Assembly (NCBI GenBank): GCA_000320545.1 | Contig: ADNK01001400.1 | Span: forward strand, 1-64,000 | Length of the DNA stretch: 64,000 nt | Direction: 5' to 3' | Source of the DNA: Bigelowiella natans CCMP2755 | Taxonomy: Eukaryota; Protista; Cercozoa | Shown: positions 22,830-40,107 of the stretch, in pieces | Position numbering within the stretch: the stretch's first letter is position 1 | Layout of the letters: every line of letters starts with the position of its first letter | The notes under the pieces: model-generated | The model's input: only the letters and a program-made list of their open reading frames with translations | What the model was told of the DNA's origin: nothing | The model's database searches: none | Made by a program: the position numbers and the translations under genes

Positions 22830-23925
22830 GATCATCGTTTGTCGTCGACCAAAACACTGGCTGCACACTCGTCTAGCTGTCCATCTAGCTGTGGCCAAGC
22901 TAGCTAGCCACAGCAAGTGGAGCATGGGAGATCTGGAGATGCATGAAGTTTGTCAGGTGTGAAAACTCTTTGGGATGAATCCGTTCGAGTCAGGCTGTTT
23001 GATTTGAGCAAGTTCTTTGCGTGAGGCTTTCCACGTTCCAGCTGGTGGGACCAGCCTGCTGGCGCTGGCAGCGTTTTGAACACTGCTGAAGACAAGAAGG
23101 CCACTTGAAAACGATCAACATTGGACACAGTTGAGTCTGTTGAAGACACTCGAACTTGTTCGTTGTTCGTTGTTCATTGTTCGTGTTTCATTGTTCATTG
23201 TTCATTGCAAACTGGTCGAGTTGGTCAACTTTTGCTTGCTTCCCCCAAAGCTCACGTCAGACTGAGTGGAGTTTTCTGCACATGTTGTCGCATCACTTTT
23301 GAACTTCGTGGCCAAGAGGAGATGCGCAGTTCGTCAGGTGCAAAAATTCTTTGGGGTGAGTCTGTTGAACTCAGTTGTTCAATTGGTCTGAGTGAGCGCA
23401 CTGTCACAGCACTTCTGGACTCATTCGTCTGTCCTGTGGTCCGGGAAATCCAGAAGAGTCTTTTGGAACAGATCCAAGCGTCCTTTGTTTCTTGGTCGAC
23501 TCGCCAGTGGTTGGGGCGACACGTCTGTTCATCCCACCAGCAAACGTGCGGTCCAGAGCTGGTAGAGAAATCCCCCCTCGCAACCGAAAACCCCGCCCAC
23601 ATCCGCATGGTTGGATGGTCGGCAGTGTGCAACTCGAGGGACTCGAGTTTTTTTCACTCGTTTTTTTTTGGATGGAACTGCATGGTGAGATGTCGGAGCA
23701 TGTGCGAAAGCTGGCAGAGAAACATCGCGGCCCATTTTTGACAATTTCAGACTTCCAATGTTGTCGCACATCAAAAATTCCCATGTCTTCATCGAGCATT
23801 GATGAAGCGAAGATCTCTTTAGAGTTCTTGATCATTCCTCTCCATGCCGTGTCGTCATGGCTGTTGGGGGCATGTCCTTGCTCTGCTGTTGTGTGTAGCC
23901 CGTGGGTCGAATGGGGAACCAAGTT
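22830..23925. other. TpA-erased tract
   Basis: Hand count gives 7 TA in ~1095 bp (4 CTAG, 2 GTAG, 1 TTAG), with none in 22908-23562. Confidence 0.85.
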
Positions 23926-24568
23926 CTTACGTGTATAGCTTTGCACAGCAAGCATATGACGTCACACCAAACCCACAAAAAAACAACTCGATATTCGTTT
24001 TGACATCAAGCGGCCAATACATATATGAGTATGATAACCCGAGTCCGGGATTGATGGCAAAGACAACAATTGCAAGCTTTTACATTGCGGGAAACCCCAG
24101 GAATGATGGCCCAATCGGGGTTGCCAGCATCTCAAGTTCGTATGCGTTTGCTGTAAATGAAGATGGGACAACGTTCTACATCGCAGACACAGTCAGTATT
24201 TACAGATATTAAGCCATCATCATTCTTTTTCATACCTACTTATTCATGTATGCTTCAGTTCGGATATAGAATACGGAAAGTGACTTTAAGCTCCCCAGGG
24301 ATAGGCGAAGTAATCACTTTCAGTTTTGCCAGTTTATCTCTCACATCTAGTACAAAGCATATTCTTCCAGAGTTAACAATGCGTTGTATTGGTTGTTCAA
24401 AGGTGGTCAATATTGTGGGTAATGCCACGTTGGGCAGCCAAAATTCAGATGGCTTTGGACCTTCCTTAGCGATTGGAAAACCTCAAGGAATTGCCTTCTC
24501 TTCTATTGGGGACAGCTATTATATCTACTACACCGACTCTGTACCTCATTGTGCTAAGTTGCTGTAAT

Positions 24569-24609
<41 letters not shown>

Positions 24610-25128
24610 AATTACTCATGTGGTCACCGTTGTTATTGGTTTCTTACAATTAGACGTTCGGGAGAATCAAGCGGTATGATCCCATCACCAAACATGTAAC
24701 TAACGTTGTTGGAAGCTCGGCAAGTGGCTGGAAGGACGGGCACTCTTCGGCTGTGGGGATAGGTTTAATTTACGGACTTCATGTCACCGAGGATGGCACT
24801 AGGATGTATGTCATTGCGACAGCGTATGTGTGAGATCATTGTTCCCTTTACCTGCACTTTCTCTCCATTACTTTTTCTATAAAGAGCTCAATGGTAGTGA
24901 CTAGAATATCAGCTAGTTGTTTTCCTTGAAAATAAATCACTGAAGTCCTATTGCATAACAAAGTGGTTCGTATCTATTTCAGTTTACCACCGCCCATTTC
25001 ATGTACACACATGTTGCACTTGTGTGCTTGGTTGGAATTAACAGATTCTTTGCGGACCGTGGTGCTAATAAAATACGGATGCATAACACGACTTCAAATA
25101 TGGTATATCTGCGTCACTTGAATTACTT

Positions 25129-25170
<42 letters not shown>

Positions 25171-25428
25171 CTGACGTGTATATACATAAATATACACATA
25201 TAAAGAAAGATACAAACACACACGTGTAGTGTGATGTGTGCTCAATAACTTTTGATTTGTAAGTGTTTGTGTGTGTATGTATGTGTGCATGTTTGTGTAG
25301 TTTCTCCCTCCCAAGGATATTATTTTCGGCTTTGTTTTTCTTTATGACTGATTCTGTTACGGGCCCCCCTCTCAGGTAACTACGGTTGCTGGATCTGGAG
25401 CAAGATCAACCATGGATGGGTACGATGA

Positions 25429-25473
<45 letters not shown>

Positions 25474-25605
25474 GATGGGAAGGGGAAAACGAATAAAAAT
25501 CAATGGGAATGATTTGTCCAACTTGAGAGAGAAGAGAGGGGCACAGTGTTTGTTTGTTAGTATACCATCGTTTAAATGTCCTTCCACCACAATTCTCTCT
25601 CTTTA

Positions 25606-25644
<39 letters not shown>

Positions 25645-26859
25645 GTTTCTTACAAATCTTAGAGAAGGAATGATGCATTTCGATCACTGAACCATTACTA
25701 TAACCTCTCCTCTCTTTGTATACCTCTCTATGTGTTGTAGACCTGCAACCAGTGCCACGTTCTACTTTCCGATCTACATCTCACTGAACGAGTACTAATG
25801 AGAGTGGAAAGCGCAATATCAGAATGAAGAGAGTTTTCAAAACCTGTGTACTCTGTCGCAGTGCCACACCAACACCGATAACAATAGTGTGTAAGACAAT
25901 GGGAGAGAGGATGCAGATCCACACGCGTGCACATAAAGTACTAAAACAAATGTAGCATGGAAGAATAGAGTGTATCAAATTAAGGACAAAAGTATTCCTT
26001 CAATCTCTGATGGAAATATCTTTTGCTACGAAATAATAAAATGAAAACAATCAGACAAAGGAATATGCTCTACATTTCTCAAATGGTAATCGACCCGGCG
26101 GAATAGATAAAGAAGACAGTAGACCAAATTTAATTTCAGTCGCAAGTATTCGAATAATAACTGTGGAATGGGTATTGAAGCCTTGCCATTACTCCTTAGC
26201 CTTTCGTGAATTTCTTCCGAAAATGTAAAAAAAATTGTTGGAGGTACCGATCTGTGTGCATTGTGGCGGTGGGAGGCGAGCGAAGAAAGCCATAAAATTG
26301 TGCAGATGAGAAAATATTGAGAAGCAATTGATATACATGGAATATTGCATCTAGGGCTCTTCCTCTTCCGACGACTCTAAAGTTCGCAGGTTGAACTTAA
26401 ACTCATTCGTGGTAGAATCGCTTGCTGGAGACGGAACCCGGGTAATAATAAGTACAGAAATGACAGCCTCAATACACAAAAAGTCATCGATAAATCTGAG
26501 AATGGCGACGGAATATACTGTTACTCTCGGTTCACGACACGCCTCGCTCATAGACAAAATTCGTTCGGCTTTTCAGTGGCGTTAGAATCCATTGCAAAAA
26601 TTGTTGTTCCAAGTCGAGAAGTAGAAAACCTTCATAAGAAGAATCTTTGAAATATTCCTTACTGCGGGGTATAATGGCCTTTGGCTAGTCGCATAGCTCT
26701 AACTTTGCGGCAACAGGAGAAGATACTTTGACCATTCTCGAAAACATTTTTGTCTTACCGAATGGTCGTTCATAGGAGAATGGCATGCATAGTATACTTC
26801 TGCGATGCTGTAGGACTAACGAGAGCTTTAATCATATGGATGTGTATACAAACATATGT

Positions 26860-26915
<56 letters not shown>

Positions 26916-29900
26916 CAGGCGAGTCTAGATGGACCTGGATCCTCGGCCCAGTTGAGTGCATGCATATTCAATACACAATACGTGTCTGAAAACACAGAAC
27001 AAGGAGGGCAACGGAAGGGGGAAGATAGCATTGAAACGAAAGCACCTCCACGCACAAGACCGTTGTGCCGTCTGTGATGTTTGTCATTGTCGTTTCAGGA
27101 TAGGTCAGTCCTTCGGAATAACGCATCTTCCATCGAACTCGAGCCACCTATTTTTGGCACAGCCGGTATGAGTCCTACACTCTCCTCATAAAAGGATAGC
27201 TCATCCAACACGGATGATGTGGAAAAGACAACTAATATCTGATCCATTGAACACTCATATTCTGCGTAAATAGAGCATGGGAAGGTTAAGGGGAATCGTT
27301 GAGTTTCCTGACACACCTATCGTAATTGCGAGTGCTGCGCCTTCGACTGCCCCTTCGACTGCGCCCTCTGCTTCACCAACCTCTGGACCAACCGCAACGC
27401 CCTCCGCTGCGCCTACGAAAGCTCCATCAACTTGTCCATCTATCTCACCTTCTCCCTCCCCGACCGAAGGTGATCGTTACTTCTTTATTGACGCTAGTTA
27501 TCTCCTCTATCTGGCCCCCACTCTATGGGGGTATCATGTCCATAGCGCCCCCCTTTGGTACGATGTATGGTGATTACGTGAGCACGTTGCGATCGCTCTC
27601 GCTTCCCATAGAGCTCGCTTAGGGCTCCGTTTAATCGGCCGCAACAACTTTGAATGTTATGACAAGTGCGGTGGCGGGAGTGGGGGGGGGGGGGGCGGGC
27701 TGGTGTGTCCCCTTCTCTACAGATATCATGGCTGCGGCATCATCCATTGCTCTAATTTGTCGTAATGCTACGCTCATTTCATTGCCTCAGGCCCATCTAC
27801 TAGTCCATCAACCTCTGCACCAACCGCAACGCCCTCCGCGGCGCCTACGAAAGCTCCATCAACTTGTCCATCTATCTCACCTTCTCACTCCCCGACCAAA
27901 GGTGATCGTTGATTCATTGATGAAGCAGATGGGGGGTGGGACTTGTGCCCACCCCACTGCAGAAATCATGAGTGGGGTATCATCATCCGACACTCTGATT
28001 GGTCGTAATAACGCTGAACCCGTTCGTTGCCTCAGGTCCATCTTCGGCGCCCGTGGCCGGCGAATTGGTGCCGGTCGCTCTGTCCGCGCAGTTTGATTCG
28101 TTGGTTTCCAAAGTCGAGATACGCTTCAACGTTGCTACCAACGCACCGGATGACCTTTCCTGTAGTGAGATCGTAACGCACTGTTGTAGTATGTTTGTCG
28201 TTGTATGGGCTAGTTCCGGGGGGGGGGGGGGGGGGGTGGTTAGGGCCAGCTGTAGACTAACATGTTGCAGCTTGATGCACTACAGTACCATTTCTTCTGA
28301 AAGAACACAAAACATATGGAACATCGAGAGTTCATGATCATATCGGGAGGAGTTTTGTTTCGACACCCATTCGTCAAACACAACTCTTCGTTATCTAGCA
28401 CAGTGTTCTCTTTTGCTCGCATGCATGCAAGCATGCTGCAGGCAGAGCCACGCGGCGGTTAGTTTTCCCACCACATCCCGCGTTGACGATAACCATCGCA
28501 CGTTTGCTCATAAAGGTAAATCCATCCTCGACATGCCGGAGGAAGACTTATTCACACTGCTAGGCCTTGACTACAGTTGTGTCTGGTCAACTTCGGAGAT
28601 GCTGCAAATATTCCTCGGATCCGGCTTTAGCGCCAAGAAGGACACTCAAATCGTACTGAAGCAGGGGGCTGTTACACTAGGGAAGGATCTTGTGGGAGCC
28701 TCTGACGGCACTTTCTCTAGAACGGTGTTGCTCCTCCAGCTGCCTCTAACTCTTCCAACAGTCTCAGTTGAGATCGTGGGTCCTGCCGAAGTCGGCCAAT
28801 GCAATGTAAGTCGAATTATTCCGAGGAATAAAAGGGGGGGGGGGGGGGAAAGCGAGTTCTACGAAACAGCAGTGTTGTTCACGGAGGGAGTCATATTTTC
28901 ATGCTGAGAACATTGCATTTGTAAGTAATTTACCAAGACTATAAGTTTTGGGGGCGATGCCTTGCCACCTCCGAGAACCTGTAGCTACTGCCTTGATCTC
29001 AATATTCACGCGAACTAATTAAGCGTATTTTTGCATTTGTTCTTATTCTTTAAATGGTACGCAGTCATCGTCGTCATCATCCTCCGCCTCCTCTTCTCCC
29101 GTCGTGGAGCTGGTGGCAATCGCCAAAGGTTTCGCGGGCAAGGCAATGCAGTACAATTGGACATATCTCGGCGCGGACCCAACATCTGCAGGTGCTCTTG
29201 AACAAGCGTTAGAGTTGGTCGCTAAAAGCTGCTCTACCAGCACGCTGACGCTCGGCGCGAGTACGACGAGCAACTTCTCCGCGGGGACAAGCTATAAATT
29301 CCGAGTGAGTGTGAGGAATTGGCTCGGAAATTCATCATACGCCGAGCACAGCCTCGAAGCGGCATCCTCCGTGCTTCCAAAGATTGTGTTACCAGGACCT
29401 GCGCAAATGAAGGTGTTTGCTTCTCGCGGCCTCTATTTCGCAGCGCAAGTAGTGCCTTCCTGCTCGGAAGAAACGACAACAAGTGCCGGAAGTGGTCTCA
29501 TCGCAGCAGGCAAGTGGACGCAGATCTCTCCCCCCCCTACCCAAACGGCGTCACTTATACAAGACGCGCAATCAATGTTACTGCAAATCGCGCCGAATGC
29601 GATGGTCCCCGAGCAGCAGTACGCCTTCAGATTGAACGCGTCGATTGCAACAAGCACGGGCCTCATTTTGGGAAGATCGTTCGTGATCGTGAACGTTACG
29701 AGCGCTAGAGACGAGCTCTCAGCAGCCATTGTGGGGGGGACGAAGCGGTTGGTCTCGCTCCACGGCGCGACCACAAACATAACAATCTCAGTAGCAGTGT
29801 CGGGCAAGAGCAGCTCGGATTCAATTCAGGTGGAGTGGAATGTAACAAATGCCTATAACGGGCAGAGCGTCATGAAACGGTCATCCTCTTCATCTTCTTC

Positions 29901-32900
29901 ACAGACCCTAGTCATTCCGACGTCGCTTCTGGCCCCCGCAAACACTTATGTTGTTGCTGCGAACGTTTCTCGCATCGGAGCCCAGTTTTTTGCAGTTGCC
30001 GAGCAGACATTGATCATCACGGCTGCTGCTGTGCCCAACGTTATCATCAAGATGCATGCTACTGAATCTAGCATTTACACTTCTGGCCTGGATGCCGCTG
30101 CCTCAAACTTGCAACGTGTCAATCCGACAGGACGGTTGGTGTTCGAGGGGTTCGCGTCCAACTCCTCGTCAAATTCTCTCCAATCTCAGCCCATGCTCAC
30201 TACTCACCATGAGCTTCAGTGGAGCTGCAGCAGTGGCAACCTAAATCTCTCAGATCCGCAGTATGTGAAATCGTCGTCGTTAACCAACTCATTTCTTGTT
30301 CTGGGATCGAACGCTCTAAAGCCCGCGACGACGTATACATTCACACTCACTGCAATAGCCGCTGCAACTGGTGCGCGGGGGAACGCCAGCCTGACTGTTG
30401 TGACGAATGAATCCCCCGCCCTTGGGTCTTGTGCGTCTTCCCCTGGGTATGGCGAGGCCCTGAGCACCACATTTCGACTGTCCTGCTCTGGTTGGAACGA
30501 TGCTGACACGCCCCTCCGCTATCGATTCCAGATCATAGAAACAGCAGTAGTAAAATCAGCATCGTTGACATCGTCGTCTCCGAACTCTTCCTATTCTACT
30601 TCGAGTTCTCCGATCATCATCACTTTGTGTGAGTTCCGTGAACTTAGCTTCTTCGACACGACTCTCGTTGCGCCGATCCCTCCCAGCACGATCCTTACAA
30701 TACGGGCAACCATCGCTGATAGCCTCGATGCGACGGCGATCAGCACCTTCAGCATCAACGTCACAGCCCCTCCATCTCTCCAAGTCTCGGAAACCAAAAC
30801 ACGACTGGAGGACCTTTTGAAGACGGGAAATGTCGAGATCTTCAAGGTTGAATTCGTAGGCCTCGCCCGCTACCTTAAAGGCGATGCCTCATCGTCATCC
30901 GTGTCCCCGAACAACGTCACAGCCAACGCGGTCGTACGTAGAGATTTGCTTCAGTTGCTTGCAGATGACTGGAAGCAAGAGAGTCGTTCTATCCGTGAAG
31001 AAGCCCAGGCGACGCTCATCCAAGACGCCACCGACTACAGCGAAGCTGGAGAGATCAGCAAGAGAGCGGAGCGCTTAGCCGTAGACCTGCTGGTCAACAT
31101 CACGAAGTCGACGACTGAAAAGACGATTAAGCTCACTAATAGCAGCAGCAGCAGCAGCAGCAGTGGGGATGGTATCCTTGACAGAGAAGAAAGAACGAAC
31201 ATGGCGATAGCGGCCGCCAGGGCGATCGCAAACTTGGTGTCCGCAGCATCAACTGCTAACGACAGCACGAATGCTGATGAGCAGGAAGAATCTAAGCTAG
31301 GCAGCTCGGACGCGGCGAGAGTGGTGGAGGTATTGTCTAACCTGTCCTCGTTGCTGGTTGCTGGATCACTCCCAGGAGAAAGAACGACTTTGCTGTCAAT
31401 CGAACGAGGAATCATCAGCAGCAGTGATGGTCATACAACAACAGCGACGCGCATTTTGCATTTTATTGACCTGCTCAATATGCATGATTACCTGACATGA
31501 TTTTCAAGCATTATTTTCACAGAGCGTTAGCCTTTTACTGCCACTACTGTTTTCCCCTGATGATGCGAGAGAGAATATTGTCCTAACGAACATTCCCTTC
31601 TTGTGCGTAACGATCAGGCGCTACCTCGCAGTTAGCATCGTCAATTTCCTTCGATTTGGTCGGTCAAACTGTCGAGCAATCTTCTTCAACAACACTACAG
31701 GTAGCAGGAAGTGGATTCGACTCTTTCCAGTTATTCGTGCCACCACTACCACAAGCTAGCAGCAGCAGTACTGAAACCGGCTCTGAAGATCATCTACAGG
31801 TTTGCTCTGTTGTAGTTGCTGGTAGCTCCATCTATCCTACCTCCAACAGCAATAGCAGTAGTTCTAACAACACGACTTCTTCTGGGGGACTAACGATCAT
31901 CAAGGTAGTAGTGCGGTGAGTGTTTCTGACCTACGAAGAGAGGAAATTTCTTGCGATTTCGCTCCATAATCCAACTGCTTGTCACCACCATCATACCCTC
32001 ATCATTAGGTGAAACAAGCAAAAACCTTGGTCGGCGTGGCAGTACAAAATCTTTCGTCTCCCATCCGATTCTCCGTCCCCCCCGGTTCCTCTCGAAGCAA
32101 TCTTAGCAACAGTGGGGGCGCATCCTGTAGCTGCCTGTACTGGTCGCCTGAGCATGAGAGATGGGAGAGTGACAGTGGATTGGTTGCTTCATTCTGTAGT
32201 ACCAACGGGCGTCAGGTGTGGTGCAACACTTCCCATCTCACAGCGTTTTCAAGCAGCAGAAGGGGGGAGGGGAACGTTGATGTCGAGATCAATTCTGTGT
32301 CAGAAGAGGACACCACCAACACGAGGTCATTCAATCCCGCAGCAAACTCGGTGATGGCGCTCAATCTAATCTTCCTCCTCGCCATGTTGGTTTCCCTTCC
32401 AATAGCCCGGTGCTATGACCGCAACCACAGAGGCGACGACGCCCTTGAGCACAGTCATGAGAAGCAGTTTTGGCGCACCTTCAACTCTGTGAGAAAGATA
32501 CACGCGAACAATGAGAGGTCTTTCACGAACTTCGCGTTCGGAACAGTGTGGATGTTGCGCCGCCGCCATCCGTGGATATCCGTGATTTTCAGACCTCCCG
32601 GGGACTACATGAACTCGCAAAAGCGTGTTATTGTTTTGGCAACCCTGATATTCAACACCGCCACTGTGTGTCTGCTTTTGATCGGCACTGAGCAGCAGAT
32701 CTTTTACCTGTCTGGTATGGTCGCGGCCTCGCTGATTAGCGTGATGCTGGCGTTCCCTGTACCTTTCGCTCTTGCACACCTCTTTGCGCGCCCACTTCCA
32801 CCGGAGTTCCGAACAGAATTCAAGACCTCCGGTTTGATGGCCTTCCTCCCTTGTCTGCTCATTATTGCCGACGATGTCGAGTGGGATGTGACTACTTTGA

Positions 32901-34515
32901 GCAAGGAGGCAGCAGGTGTCCGCTGCATGTTAAATGCTACTCGTGAAAGCTGGCTACACCGCCACGCACAAATCAGCATTCACGCAAATATGCAATACAT
33001 AGAGAATGAGAGAGCCAGGCAACAGCGAGGGAGGTGGGAGGATGAGGGCAGAGAAGAACATCTCTGCTGCAATGCCGAATCTTGGTCACTCCGAGATTAC
33101 GATAGTGACAACATGAATGACTGATAAAATGTGCTAATGAAAATGATCTTTCACTCTGCATAATAATAGCAGGCGAGAATGCCGGGGGGGGAGAAGGAGG
33201 CGAGGAAGACAGTGACCAAGACGACGATGACGATGAGAATCAGCGCCATAGAATGTCTGCAGCAGCTGCTGCGATTGGAGCACAAATCGGGTCCGTCGTT
33301 GGCAGCACCGTCGCACTCCTGCGAAGATCGAGCCAGGTCGATACAAATAATCCTAGAGGTGAAGATGATTCTCAAAAACGAAAACAAGAAGCGTGGGAAG
33401 ACGGCGCCTCTGCACGCGTCCCACGGAGGAGAAGCCTCTCACTGCACATGAAAGTCATGGCGAGCCACGTGAAATATTGCAGTAGCACCAACGGAGAGGC
33501 CGATGCGAAGGAATCTCATCGCCGGCTCAGCGTTGGTAGCAACCGTCCTGACGCTGAGGTCGCGACGACGACGACGACACCCAAGCATTATGACTGGATT
33601 ACGACCGATTACGTCGCCATCTGGATCTCTGGGACGATAATCCTCGGGTGCTGCTTCCTCCTTGCTATCCTTTCGTATCGATTAGGAGCCACATCGACGG
33701 GGTCGGCGCTTACGCTGCTCATCTGCATTCCTGAGGACATCCTCGTCAGGATCTTTGCGCTTGCAGTACTAGAATTCATCATCATTTTCCCGTTCTGCGC
33801 CTGCTGCTTTTTCAGATGCTGTGCTGCTGCTCAGCAGCCTGAGACGGTGATGGACCACGCAACGAACAGAATTAAGATTTCCATTCCGTGCGATGAGCCC
33901 ACGTGCACCGTTGATGAAAACTGTGTGGTTGACTCGGTGACCCCAAAGGGGCAGGGGTGCGGAATAAGATTGGGGTGGAAAGTCCTGAAAATCGATGAGA
34001 AGCCCGTTTCGGAGTTCAAAGTTTTTACCGAGATTTTACGGCTGGTGCATATGACATCTGACATCGTCACAATAGAGTTTCTAACTTCGAATAGACAAAA
34101 TCCCTCCGATTCCAAAAGCTCAGTTGAGCCGTGTGAAATGCGCAAGAGCACTGTGACGGATGCAAAGTCTCTGCGCACGGTGTTGCGTGCGGAGGAGAAA
34201 GCGGGCAACATATCGAAAAATATTTCCGAGGAATCCTGCTCATCTCTCGACCCAAACCTGATGTTCAACCCAGCACCGGATGGAAAGCAGGCGAACCTCA
34301 GTCCGGGTAAGGAGCAAATGGGCAAGTCGCCAGAAAATGTTTCGAATGATTCGTTTTCGTCTCTCGACCCAAGAATGATGTTACATTCGGCTCAAAGCTT
34401 TCCGAATGGAGACATCGACGGTGATGTTCTCATACCAACACCTCGAAAACAAGTACGCACTGGACTAAGCACTCGAAAACTTTTGTCCCAGCTGTTCTCT
34501 CGAGATGCTGAGTAA
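23844..34515 (+). CDS. Polycystin-1/REJ-like membrane protein: signal peptide, NHL repeats, P/S/T stalk, REJ, GPS, ~5-6 TM, PDZ-like
   Basis: NHL-type exons at 23844-27166 (AVNEDGTTFYIADT, RIRKV, VTTVAGSGARSTMDGPATSATF, VESLAGDGTRASLDGPGSSAQIG). PT repeats at 27330-27900. REJ in ORF 29104-31500 (LKPATTYTFTLT, GEALSTTFRLSCSGWNDADTPLRYRF). GPS CLYWSPEHERW...CNTSHLTAF. PKD1-like RRHPWISVIFRPPGDYMNSQKR. PDZ-like GIRLGWKVLKIDEKPV. One junction near 25800-26350 is unresolved. Confidence 0.8.
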
Positions 34516-35515
34516 CGGTGCATGCCATACAACAGCCTGAGTATCAATACATATGCATTAGAATATGATAGGTTAGGGAGATTAAATCTGCATGTTGCAG
34601 GTCGATTACTTTGCCGTGGTGATGCGACAATGGCTTGCCCCATTTACGTGATCTAGATGCGGGTCTGGAGCAGTGTCTCTCTCGCGCTGTAGCTTTTGGG
34701 GACATTATACATGCACACCAACAGCACACGCATGAAGATGCTGGGTAAATCTGCAATTCTCGCGGGCAGCTCATTTGCACGACGAACACAATGCAAAGTG
34801 TTGTAGCCTCAAACATGCACACAGTGCAGCGCGTCCAATGCTATCGTGGATTGTTAGCAGAGTGCGTGTGACTGAAGAGTGCCTCCTCCCATGCGACTAT
34901 ACTAGTACAGGCACACATGACCTCATCATTTTTAGCTAGATCATTGCGCATAATGTGCATGAGAGCACCAGCAGAATTTCAGTGAACGAACGCCCGAGCA
35001 TCATGCATTGCATTGTCTAGTTGTGACAGTACTACCTGCACTTGCTTCTTTCTTCTAGTTGTGCACGATGTAAGTTTTTGAAAATGCGCATGCAACGTAA
35101 CGCTGTAGAACGTACACAAGCTAGCACGTGCGCCGCGCTACGCGCCAAGCTAGCAAGGGGTAATACAAAGTGCAGGTATTGAAGCAGTTATTTTGTTCAT
35201 TACGGCTAATTGACCAAATTTAATTCATTCATTCCATCCGTCTCACATCTGTCTCACAAGTCGTTTGTGGTGATAAAAGCATGCTATACGCATCTATCGC
35301 ACGACCGCATGCGCAGCCAACAGCTAGTTACAATAATGTGCAGGTGTGCGCGTATAGTGATGAGTTCGAGGAGAACAGATATCACACATGGACTGTGAAT
35401 CTTTCCATAGCAAGATGGCACACAGCATCAGTTAGCGCAGCATGGTGGCGTTATTTTCTCTAGATTACATCCTGTATATTATATCATTCCCATTGTCTAT
35501 TTGTAGGGAATCTCG

Positions 35516-39377
<3,862 letters not shown>

Positions 39378-40107
39378 GATGTGAGTAAGATTCGTAGTCT
39401 CTATAAGGCCTAACATCAGATTGATCAGGGTCAGCTGCTAATACCGGAGATAGTGCGTTTTCTGGATTTGTGACATGTCATTAGTGCTGTTCCACGAGTT
39501 AAGTTCGAACAAAAGGCGCAAGGTTGAAAAGGCACGATCGGCATGTTAGATATCTTGATGTACTGGGTGGTAGTACCAGCATATTTTCTGCAGTTATTCG
39601 GTGTTTTCTTTCGGAATAGTAGTGCGAGAAGTCTACTCCTTCCTTTCAGGAAAACGCCCGTTCCCTATCTGGAAAGGGCTTGAATTGGCTCGCTTCCTGA
39701 CCCGGGGGAGGAGGGAGGCAGGCGCTCGTTCGTCCACTTCGAACAGCGGCGATGAATTTCTCGTAAATCTCTCGTGAGTCTCTCGACTGTTTTCGCATCT
39801 TCGCCCGAAAAAATCAATCAATAAAAAACATCGAAAAAGAGCACCGACGACCAACGCGCGGTGTTCGTTCTAAAAGGAAGCACATGCCATGTACCTTTCC
39901 TTTGTGCGGAGTACTGAATGTCGCAGAAATGAGATCAAGGCCACTGAGCATAACCAGCACAAAGAGTCGGTGGTTTTCTCGAGTTTTCCTTGTCGTATTT
40001 CGAGAATAGGTCCCCTTTTTTTCTTCCAACAATAGCCTCCTTCGTATCCCAGGCATTCCGGCGCCGCCCCTCGTCAACACCAGCAGATTCGAACACACTT
40101 CGGAATC

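Noticed and set aside
25741-25798. Apparent stop ending a separate small NHL gene
   Set aside because: Further in-pattern NHL exons follow (~26355-26441, 26919-26950, 27099-27166) and lead into the stalk exon. A GT donor precedes the stop. One gene is more likely, though this junction is unresolved.
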